This document shows, in pieces, positions 30,364 to 39,152 of a stretch of DNA of 64,000 nucleotides. The first letter of the stretch is position 1; every line of letters begins with the position of its first letter. Where the stretch lies: positions 2,816,001 through 2,880,000 of the forward strand of contig OY762007.1 in assembly GCA_963665115.1 (NCBI GenBank), in the 5' to 3' direction. Under the pieces are notes generated by a model. The model was not told where the DNA came from. It did no database searches and saw only the letters and a list, made by a program, of their open reading frames with translations. Both the position numbers and the translations under genes were made by a program. The stretch is from an uncultured Rivularia sp. Lineage in GTDB: Bacteria > Cyanobacteriota > Cyanobacteriia > Cyanobacteriales > Nostocaceae.

Positions 30364-30762
30364 TTACCGGCAAGCACGGCTAGTTGAAGCAGTCTGCTTC
30401 TGGTCGCTAACGCTGCTGTTAGATTGTCCGTTGACCGAACCGTCGAAAGCTTCTCCAGTCTGAAGTGTTCCTTGTGAAGAGTTTTGCGACTGTCCGCTAT
30501 GGCGACTACCACAGAAAGCAGGACGACCGCGACGACGACCAAAACGACCACCACGACCACCTACTTTATTGCGAGTTTTCTGAATTTGCTCTTGTACGTT
30601 AAGGGTTTCAGAACTCTGAGCGTTGGTACTGCCATGTTCTGCGATGCCGTCTTGAATTGTTTGTTGATTGCTATTTTGAGATTGAGAATTAGCTAAAGCC
30701 GCACCAGGTGCAACCATCAAAGCAGCAGCTAATAAACCGAAACCCAATGACTTCTTAAACAT
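30364..30762 (-). CDS. Secreted Gln/Ser-rich two-repeat protein (first gene of the cluster)
   Basis: GAGGT RBS, signal peptide, two 33-aa repeats, RGG-rich linker, ends RACR. Confidence 0.88.
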   Translation of the reverse strand: MFKKSLGFGLLAAALMVAPGAALANSQSQNSNQQTIQDGIAEHGSTNAQSSETLNVQEQIQKTRNKVGGRGGRFGRRRGRPAFCGSRHSGQSQNSSQGTLQTGEAFDGSVNGQSNSSVSDQKQTASTSRACR

Positions 30763-31165
30763 TTTATAAACCTCGTGTAATAGTGTTGTGTGTTGTGTCG
30801 AACAAGAGTGTGTTGTTACCCAGAAAAGAAACGTTCTTTAAAGTTTTAGTGGGTGTTTATTAAGAACCCGTGATGAACTTTTAAAGATTGTATTTTTCTC
30901 TTGCGGTATATACGGGGCTACAAATTTCAATTTGTTGATTCCGGATTTCTCCGAATTTTTTTTGAAATAGATATTCTTTTGTCAGTTATCAGTGACCAAT
31001 GACTCAGATGCACTGCGAACAACTGATATATAGAATTAAATCTCTCTACCTAAATACTTTAACCAAAGAACTTAAGGGTGTCAAGTCTTTGGGTAAGAAA
31101 ACTGGGCGCTATAATTTTTTTGATGTTACGATGTACGGCTATATAAGACAATAGCGCTTGTAATT

Positions 31166-31492
31166 GTGAAACAGAAACCAAAACCAAGAATAGCTTTCCT
31201 TCGTGAAAAGGCGGGTTTAACCCAGCTTGAACTGTCTCGTCTCGTAGGCGTGACAGAAAGCACCATCCAGAATTGGGAGAGTGGCAGGACGGGTACAGAC
31301 CACATTCAAAGAATAGTAAACTTCTGTAAAGCTCTTAATTGCAAAGTAGAAGATTTGATTGAGTTAAACGAAAGCGAACTTCCACAAGAAGCATCGACAA
31401 AACCTGCTTCATTACAAGAAATACAAAATTTACTAGGTACCGACGAAGAGAAAGCAAGGGAAGCAGAGCAAGCAATTATCAGTGAACAATGA
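31166..31492 (+). CDS. XRE-family HTH transcriptional regulator
   Basis: LREKAGLTQLELSRLVGVTESTIQNWESG HTH_3 motif. Confidence 0.9.
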   Translation: MKQKPKPRIAFLREKAGLTQLELSRLVGVTESTIQNWESGRTGTDHIQRIVNFCKALNCKVEDLIELNESELPQEASTKPASLQEIQNLLGTDEEKAREAEQAIISEQ

Positions 31493-31524
31493 ACAATAAA
31501 CAATGAACAATTATCAAATATTTA

Positions 31525-31699
31525 TTAACCTTTAACCTTTGACCTTTGACCTTTGACCTTTGACCTTTGACCTTTGACCTTTGACCTTTAACCTTTGACC
31601 TTTAACCTTTGACCTTTAACCTTTGACCTTTGACCTTTAACCTTTGACCTTTGACCTTTAACCTTTGACCTTTAACCTTTGACCTTTGACCTTTAACCT
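31525..31699. repeat. Long STRR heptamer array (TTTGACC/TTTAACC), about 24-25 units
   Basis: Uninterrupted 7-bp periodicity between convergent genes. Confidence 0.95.
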
Positions 31700-32376
31700 A
31701 TAACCTAATTCTTTCTTGCCATAAAGTATCTATAGTCACGAACGAATATCCCTGCTCTAAAAGTCTTGGGATGATAATTTGTGCTATTTCAGCTACGTTT
31801 TGTCCGCCACAAGCGCCGTCGTGCAATACTATTAAAGAGCCATTTTCTAAGTTATCCATAACTCTATTGACAACTTTGGGTACTCCCGGATTTACCCAAT
31901 CTTCCGGTACAACGCTCCACATTACAGGACGGTAATTCCACCGATAGAATAGCTGTAAAGTTTGAGGTGTAAATAAACCATTTGGCGGTCGGATATCGCG
32001 TACTTTTTCCGGTGATAAATTGCAAGCCTTATGAATAGATGCTTGAGTTTTTTCTAAACTTTGCTTGAGTTCGGTTGGCGAAAGTAGGGGAAAATTGTGG
32101 TGAGAATAGCCATGTAAGCCAATCCAATGTCCGCGAGAATAAACTTGTTTGGCTATATGCGGCGCACGCTCAACACAAACACCCAGCCAAAAAAAACTTG
32201 CTGGGATTTGATAACGATCTAAAACTTTGAGTAGTTGCTGCGTGTATTGCGGATGAGGGGCCATCATCGAAAGTGAGAGCGATGGTTTTGGAATTAGGAT
32301 TACCCCTCCAAAGACATTTAGGAAAACTTGATTTAAGAATTGGGTATAGAAGCGGAAATAAAGGATAAAGCTGCAT
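31698..32376 (-). CDS. Polysaccharide deacetylase (NodB family), split by +1 frameshift at ~32257-32260
   Basis: LTFDDGP, H.IGLHGYSH, RPPNG and LHDG motifs; removing one base gives FDDGPHPQY. Confidence 0.9.
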
Positions 32377-32557
32377 TGTTGGGAATTGGGAATTGGGAAT
32401 GGGGGATAGGGAATTGGGAATTGGGGAAATTATACTTCCATCATTTCCTCTTCACAGTTCTGATATGGTTTCGTAGCAAATTCTGTAACAATCTAACTAA
32501 TTTTCTAATTTCTCGTTTAGATTGGAATAAATTTAGGAGTAATCCCGGAATAAGCGG

Positions 32558-33406
32558 GTGATGTTGTTTAAAGATATACGAGACTATCAAATACTTTATC
32601 TTTCTCTATTCCTTATTTTAGGTATAGGTACGAGAGATTGGACGCTGCGACCGTCGATGATTGTTGTTACAATTGCGACCAGTTTGGTTATGCAATCGCT
32701 TTTAACATTTATCGTCAATCGTTGGTCATTTGCCGATGACCAAGAAAATAAAGAATATTTTGAACATAAAATCAATATTCGCAGTCCTTTAATTACATCC
32801 TTGGGAATCAGCTTACTTTTACGAGCCGATTATCCCACAACGATGTTTGTTGCTGCTGCTTGTGCGATCGCCAGTAAGTTTGTTTTCAAGTTTGAGGATA
32901 AGCATTTTTTCAATCCCGCTAATTTTGGAATTATTTCTGCATTGGTGCTAACCCCTGACGCTTGGGTTTCTCCAGGACAATGGGGGGAAGACTGGTGGTA
33001 TGCATTTCTATTTGTGGGTACAGGCGGCATGATTTTGCACCGTATCGGACGTTGGGATACTACAGCAGCATTTTTGGGGTTTTACGCCCTATTAGAAGCT
33101 GTACGTAATTTCTGGCTAAATTGGACTTGGGATGTTTACCTGCATCGCTTGATGAGTGGTTCTTTATTGCTCTTTGCCTTGTTCATGGTAACTGACCCTC
33201 GTTCCATTCCCAATTCCCGCACTGGCAGATTAACATGGGCTGCCTGCATAGCCTTATTAACCTTCATTCTGCGAAACAACTTTTATCTTCCCACAGCAGT
33301 ATTTTGGGCATTGTTTGCCCTAGCACCGCTAACGGTAATATTCGACCAACTTTGGAAAGCATCGCGTTTTTCGTGGAGCAATGAACAACTAACAACTAAC
33401 AACTAA
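32558..33406 (+). CDS. RnfD/NqrB-like membrane protein
   Basis: Multi-TM; HFFNPANFG and FMVTDPRS motifs. Confidence 0.75.
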   Translation: MMLFKDIRDYQILYLSLFLILGIGTRDWTLRPSMIVVTIATSLVMQSLLTFIVNRWSFADDQENKEYFEHKINIRSPLITSLGISLLLRADYPTTMFVAAACAIASKFVFKFEDKHFFNPANFGIISALVLTPDAWVSPGQWGEDWWYAFLFVGTGGMILHRIGRWDTTAAFLGFYALLEAVRNFWLNWTWDVYLHRLMSGSLLLFALFMVTDPRSIPNSRTGRLTWAACIALLTFILRNNFYLPTAVFWALFALAPLTVIFDQLWKASRFSWSNEQLTTNN

Positions 33407-33414
33407 CTATTCTC

Positions 33415-34779
33415 ATGAAACTATTTCGCGTATTAATTTCAGTATTGCTAACTTTCGTAATTTTTATTAGCTTTACTCCTTCGGCTTTGGCTTTTTGCGG
33501 CTTTTATGTTGCGAAAGCAGATTCAAAGCTGTATAACAAAGCTTCTCAAGTTGTAATTGCTCGTAAAGATAATCGTACTGTATTGACTATGGCGAATGAT
33601 TATCAGGGCGATGTAAAAGATTTTGCGATGGTTGTACCCGTTCCTACGGTATTAAAAGAAGAACAAGTCAAGGTTGGTAAACCTAAAGTAATCGAACATT
33701 TGGATGCTTTTAGCGCTCCGCGATTAGTTGAGTATTTTGATGAAGATCCTTGCGCTCCTGTTCTTTACGATCGAGCATTAGAAAGTGCAGCTCCTCGTTC
33801 AGCACCAACAGCAAATCAAGCGATGAAAAGGAGTAACAGCAGTTTGGGTGTGACGGTAGAAGCAGAATTCAATGTCGGTGAATACGATATTGTCATTCTT
33901 AGCGCTAAGGAATCTAGAGGTTTGGAAAGGTGGCTGCGCGGTAACGGCTATAAAATTCCTAGAGGTGCAAAACGCTTACTAAATCCTTATATTCGTCAAC
34001 AGATGAAGTTCTTTGTTGCTAAAGTCAATTTAGAAAAGTTTGACGAAAAGGGTTATCAGAAACTTCGTCCTTTACAAATTTCCTACGAATCTTCTAAATT
34101 CATGTTACCGATTCGTTTGGGAATGGTTAATTCCACATCGGAACAAGATTTAATTGCCTATATTCTTTCACCAAAGGGACAAGCGGAACTTACAAACTAC
34201 CGCACGGCAAAGATTCCCTCAAACATGAATATTCCGGTTTATGTCAAACAAGAGTTTGGCGACTTCTATAAATCGATGTTCCAAACCTCATATACAAAAG
34301 AAGATAAAAAGGTTGCATTCTTAGAATACGCTTGGGATATGGGCAATTGCGACCCTTGTTCTGCCGATCCATTATCTAGAGAAGAACTTAAAGATGCTGG
34401 TGTATTTTGGCTGGATGATAATTCTAATGATGCACCCCCCAACTTCCGTCGTCGTCCACCTTCGAGCAACGTCTTTATTACTCGTTTGCACGTCCGCTAT
34501 ACCCGCGATAAGTTCCCCGAAGATTTGATGTTTCAGGAAACTTCCAACCGCGACAATTTTCAAGGACGTTATGTTTTACAACACGCTTTTACTGGTGAAG
34601 CCAACTGTCGCGCAGGTAGACAATATAAAATGTCTTTGAGAAAGCGTTTTGAAAAAGAAGCGCAAACTCTCGCCAAATTAACTAACTGGAATATTCAAGA
34701 TATTCGTCAAAAGATGAAGATTGAAGGACAAGCAAGTGTTTCGTTTTGGCAGGGTTTTCTGTCTTGGTTTGGAATGTAG
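33415..34779 (+). CDS. DUF2330 family secreted protein
   Basis: ALA-FCGFYV, FAMVVPVP, FFVAKV, MLPIRLG and ITRLH motifs. Confidence 0.85.
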   Translation: MKLFRVLISVLLTFVIFISFTPSALAFCGFYVAKADSKLYNKASQVVIARKDNRTVLTMANDYQGDVKDFAMVVPVPTVLKEEQVKVGKPKVIEHLDAFSAPRLVEYFDEDPCAPVLYDRALESAAPRSAPTANQAMKRSNSSLGVTVEAEFNVGEYDIVILSAKESRGLERWLRGNGYKIPRGAKRLLNPYIRQQMKFFVAKVNLEKFDEKGYQKLRPLQISYESSKFMLPIRLGMVNSTSEQDLIAYILSPKGQAELTNYRTAKIPSNMNIPVYVKQEFGDFYKSMFQTSYTKEDKKVAFLEYAWDMGNCDPCSADPLSREELKDAGVFWLDDNSNDAPPNFRRRPPSSNVFITRLHVRYTRDKFPEDLMFQETSNRDNFQGRYVLQHAFTGEANCRAGRQYKMSLRKRFEKEAQTLAKLTNWNIQDIRQKMKIEGQASVSFWQGFLSWFGM

Positions 34780-35372
34780 AATCAGTTATTAGTGGTTGAT
34801 ATTAATTAGAACTTACGCAAAGCCCCTCTTATTTAAAAGGGGCTGCGGGATCTAAATCTGTGGAGTACTAATATTCCACCACATTAATTTTGAGGAGTAA
34901 TCAAGGTTCTAAGTGCCGACTTTAGTCCTCGGAAAAGGTGGGCTGAAGCCCTTACTACGAACCTTTTATTTCTTCATTCAAAAATAATGAAAATAAAATA
35001 TTATTTCGCCAAATTTCTAACTATTTAAAATTTTTTGATTAATCAAACTCATTTTATGATAAATTGAGTAGTTAAGGATTTTTATATAATCTTCTATTAA
35101 TTTCCTCATCAATTATTTTTAATAAAGAAGCCGTAGGGGCATTTCAAGCCCCTATTTGGCACTTTGTAAATCATTTACAAAGCTTGCCTAAATTTTTAAC
35201 TGAAGCGTCTACAATAATCCGACATCTAATTAAATGCCGAACTAAAAAGATGCTCTTGATATATAGAAGCAAATAACCATCCACCGAACAGAAAAACGTT
35301 TTCTATGGATTGTTATTTCGATTTATTGCCAGTTAAAACAGTAATTCGATTCTCGTTGCTACAATTTATGAT

Positions 35373-36647
35373 TTAGCGGCGAAATTCGTATATCGCTAAT
35401 AAACCATGAGAAGTTCCTAAGCCCTGTTGGAAATTCCATTCTAGATTTCTTAGTAGATAAGCTAGTTGGGGTTCAATCAAGTTGGCTCGCGGATCGTCAA
35501 AGTGCAAGTTAGGGGCTTGATTAATTAGACGGCGCAGAATGCGAATGCTATCGAGAACAATCGGTGAATGTTCAATTGGGGGTTCTGAAAGCAATTTTTC
35601 AGGTTTTCGCCACATATCCAGGCTTTCCATGCAACCGTACACTAAGGCATTCCAAGCAGATTGTAAGTTTTGGTAAAAGCGATTGATGTGGGGATGATTG
35701 GGATGAGGCTGATAGTCAAAAATTAATTGGCTTAAATCGGTGCGTATGTCCTGAGCGTGTAAGGAGTTGATAGCACTTCTGAGTGGAGACGCTTTGGGGT
35801 TAAATTCGGCAGTATCTGTATGACGACCAACTAAAATAGAGCGATCGCACAAGTGAAATTCTCCCACTTTCACATTCATTTTTTCGGCAGTTGCTCTTAA
35901 AAAGCGGTCGAGTTCTTCTCCACCCCAGTAACGAATGGGAAATCTCTCTACATCTTTAGTATTTCTTTTCTCTGGTGGATAAAGATAAGACATCGAGTAA
36001 GTCTGCATATCGCTGCTTTTTCCTTGAACCTCTCCCCAATAGCAGGGCCATTCATAGGAATAGCGACCGAGCAAATCAGCGACAAAAATAGCTCTATCTC
36101 CCATATTCTGACAAATATCTCCAACTAACCGACCTAGGCTATCGTCAGAGAGGTGGGACAAAGATCCATATGAAGAGTAATAAAGATCGAAAGGAGCTTC
36201 ACCAGATTCGATAGGAAGCCCCTCATCAAGGTCTGCCACCATAAATTGTGTTTGGTCGTGGTGAGCGTGAATACTCTCAGCTTTGCCTATCATTGCAGGG
36301 CTGATATCGACCCCTTTGTAAAACTCAATATCCGATCCATTCACGAGCGAACTGAATTGAGCATCTAGAGTCGGACTTGTACGAGGTAAAGTCGTCAGGA
36401 TATTCCAGCCTTCTCCCGCACCACATCCAAGATCCATGATGCGAACTCCATGATTTTCGGCTCGCTTTCTTTCGAGCAAACGCCGTATAGGAGGGCTAAG
36501 TACATAACGGGTATAACGGTCTTCCCAATACTTCCGCACGCTATCGCATTTACTACCTAGACCGACTAGTTTACTGTCGTATGCTCCAACTTCAACTGCT
36601 TTCGCGTAGTTGTTTAATACATTGTTCAATACAGTCTGTTGATTCAT
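35373..36647 (-). CDS. Class I SAM-dependent methyltransferase (large, 424 aa)
   Basis: IMDLGCGAGEG motif I, GVDISPAMI and DL...PFDLYYSSYGSLSHL. Confidence 0.85.
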   Translation of the reverse strand: MNQQTVLNNVLNNYAKAVEVGAYDSKLVGLGSKCDSVRKYWEDRYTRYVLSPPIRRLLERKRAENHGVRIMDLGCGAGEGWNILTTLPRTSPTLDAQFSSLVNGSDIEFYKGVDISPAMIGKAESIHAHHDQTQFMVADLDEGLPIESGEAPFDLYYSSYGSLSHLSDDSLGRLVGDICQNMGDRAIFVADLLGRYSYEWPCYWGEVQGKSSDMQTYSMSYLYPPEKRNTKDVERFPIRYWGGEELDRFLRATAEKMNVKVGEFHLCDRSILVGRHTDTAEFNPKASPLRSAINSLHAQDIRTDLSQLIFDYQPHPNHPHINRFYQNLQSAWNALVYGCMESLDMWRKPEKLLSEPPIEHSPIVLDSIRILRRLINQAPNLHFDDPRANLIEPQLAYLLRNLEWNFQQGLGTSHGLLAIYEFRR

Positions 36648-36909
36648 ATGCTTATAGAAAGGAAATTTCTATCAAGAGAGAATTCATACTCATTCTCTCA
36701 CATGGTATACCCTATACAAAATCCTCGAAGATGTTCGTCGGGGGAATTTCACCGTTTTGCACGTAACTCTTTTGATTATAAATGACTGTTTTGATACCGA
36801 TCTACACGTATTATTTTTGTCGAGTTATTTTTTACGTCCAGCGGCTGAATGTTCTGCTGGACGAAGCTTTAGCCGATTGCTAAAAAATATAAAATCAGGT
36901 TATGAACTT

Positions 36910-38412
36910 TTATACAGGACGTTCTGACCAGCGAGCAACATTATTTGAGACAACTTCAGAATTTTCAAAAACATCCACAAAAATATTGTGATAAAAACAT
37001 TCTTCAGGCGATCGCAAATGTACGTGTGGGTGTTTTTGCTGATAAGCTTGGGCTTGTTTTTGAGTCATTTTGTGAGAAAGCAGTTCTTCGAGCATATCTA
37101 CAGTTCCGCTGCCTTCGTCAAACTGTTCTTTCTTTCGCCAAACGATTTCGGAGGGAAGCATATCCTCAAAGGCTTTGCGTAAAATCCATTTTTCTACTAG
37201 GGGTTCTCCGACTAATTTCAAATTAGCAGGGATTTGCTGACCTAGCTCAATCATGTTTAAGTCTAAAAATGGAACTCTTCCTTCGATAGCATGAGCCATT
37301 GTCATCCGGTCAACTCGCTGTAAATTGATATTGTGCAAGCTAGAAACCGAACGACGTAATTCTTTATGCAGAACATCTTCGTCGGGAATATCTTTGTAAT
37401 AGGTATAGCCTGCAAACAACTCGTCCGCACCTTCTCCAGTCAAAATAACTTTGACATATTCGGCCGCCATCCGAGAGGTAAAATAACAAGGAATGGCGCT
37501 GCGAACCAAATCTTGGTCAAAAGATTCTAAATAATAAATTATTTCGGGAAGTTTTGCGTTAACTTCTTCTGGAGTAATAACGTATTCGTGGTGAATTGTT
37601 CCCAAATGGGCGCTAACCTTCCTAGCTGCTGACAAATCGCGACTATCACCAATACCCACGCTAAAAGTATGTAGCTCTTTTTGATGCTGCTTAGCAACTG
37701 CTGCAATAATACTGCTATCAAGTCCACCAGAGAGAAAAGCACCCAAAGGAACATCGCTCATCAAGCGCTTGATTACAGATTCTTCTACCGTTTGACGTAC
37801 CCTTTTAATTAACGCTTCGACATCAACATTGCTATCCGGGTATAAATCGGGAACGCTATAAAAAGTAGAAAAACCTTTTTCCGAATGATAATAACTACCG
37901 GGGGGAAATTCCTTAACATTATTACAATGTTTAGAAATTGCCTTTAATTCAGAAGCGAAAACCCAAGCTCCTTCCATTTCCCCATAATATAGAGGCTTGA
38001 TACCAATTGGGTCGCGGGCTACCAGTAAATTATCCCCATCAGCTATAGCAAATGCGTACATTCCATCAAGTTGTTCTATAGCCGAAACTCCTCTATCTTC
38101 GTAAAGTCTGAGAATTGCTTCGCTATCGCTACTAGTTACAAAATCGCTCTGCTCTTGTAAACTCGAACGTAATTGAGGAAAATTATAAATCTCACCATTC
38201 GCGATGATTGCACGAGTTGGGACTTCCCCATAAATTGGCTGATCCCCACCTTTTGGGTCCATAATACTTAAACGCCGATGTCCCAAATTTCCAGATTGAT
38301 TCGCAGGAGCGTACATTCCTTCAGCATCAGGACCTCGGTGAGCTATGCTATCCATCATGCTTTTTACTAAGATGGGATTAGTTTGACCCCAAATACCAGT
38401 AATTCCGCACAT
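36910..38412 (-). CDS. asnB: Asparagine synthase (glutamine-hydrolysing) family amidotransferase
   Basis: N-terminal MCGI, HRGPD, NGEIYN, ARDPIGIKPLYY, LSGGLDSS, TGEGADELFAGY and RVPFLD motifs. Confidence 0.92.
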   Translation of the reverse strand: MCGITGIWGQTNPILVKSMMDSIAHRGPDAEGMYAPANQSGNLGHRRLSIMDPKGGDQPIYGEVPTRAIIANGEIYNFPQLRSSLQEQSDFVTSSDSEAILRLYEDRGVSAIEQLDGMYAFAIADGDNLLVARDPIGIKPLYYGEMEGAWVFASELKAISKHCNNVKEFPPGSYYHSEKGFSTFYSVPDLYPDSNVDVEALIKRVRQTVEESVIKRLMSDVPLGAFLSGGLDSSIIAAVAKQHQKELHTFSVGIGDSRDLSAARKVSAHLGTIHHEYVITPEEVNAKLPEIIYYLESFDQDLVRSAIPCYFTSRMAAEYVKVILTGEGADELFAGYTYYKDIPDEDVLHKELRRSVSSLHNINLQRVDRMTMAHAIEGRVPFLDLNMIELGQQIPANLKLVGEPLVEKWILRKAFEDMLPSEIVWRKKEQFDEGSGTVDMLEELLSHKMTQKQAQAYQQKHPHVHLRSPEECFYHNIFVDVFENSEVVSNNVARWSERPV

Positions 38413-39152
38413 ATTTTTTTAATTAATAATTAAGGTATATATTTTACACCGTTGCCGTGCGATCTTTTCAAAAATAAAAACCTAAATACTTACAGTTTTT
38501 ACTCAGAGTTGATTATATAGCCTAAAAAATATCGATCAAATTTCAGATAAAATATATTCAGATATATTTTATCTATATAGATTATAGATTAAGGTATAAA
38601 AACTAAAATAAATATTGGTTTAACCTACTGAAACCCTTGTAGGGTTGAAATTATCTCAATTATTTATATAGTGAGTCTTGGCAAGCATTTGCAGTATGAA
38701 AATGATATAAATCATGATTACTTTATAATTTTTTTAATACCAAAGAAAGAGGTTTGTTTTCAAAGAAAAATTATTCAATACCAAAAGAAAAGCTGAATAT
38801 TAAATTTTTTTCTGCTATACATTGATTAATTTGATGACTGATAGAAAACCCTGATTTTTGAGTTGTAGGTTGGGTTAGACACGAAAAGAAATAACAACAA
38901 AACAAAGATATCTGTCAATCGTGTCGTAACCCAACATCAGAACAAAGGTAGTCAACCAGATTAATTTGAAGGGGTTCGTACTAAGGACGGAGATCCTTAG
39001 AAGAAAGGATAGAAGTCCTTACTACACTTTACTACTGATTTATTGCAAGATGTATATAATTAGTCACAATAAGCCTACTCAAATCTATGAAGCCGGTGTT
39101 AGGGTGAAGTATTCAAATTTACGTAAAATTATTTCTGCCCCTTAAGTTCACC

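Noticed and set aside
29227..30696. Plus-strand Thr-rich ORFs (29227, 29806, 30484) and the N-terminal extensions of the minus-strand ORFs
   Set aside because: Antisense shadows of the real genes; RBS and signal peptides place the true starts at MFKKS, MIEK and MPVK
28177..30762. Paralog cluster as RiPP or bacteriocin precursors
   Set aside because: The leaders are classic Sec signal peptides (AxA), not double-Gly or Nif11 types, and no modifying enzymes or peptidase transporters are nearby
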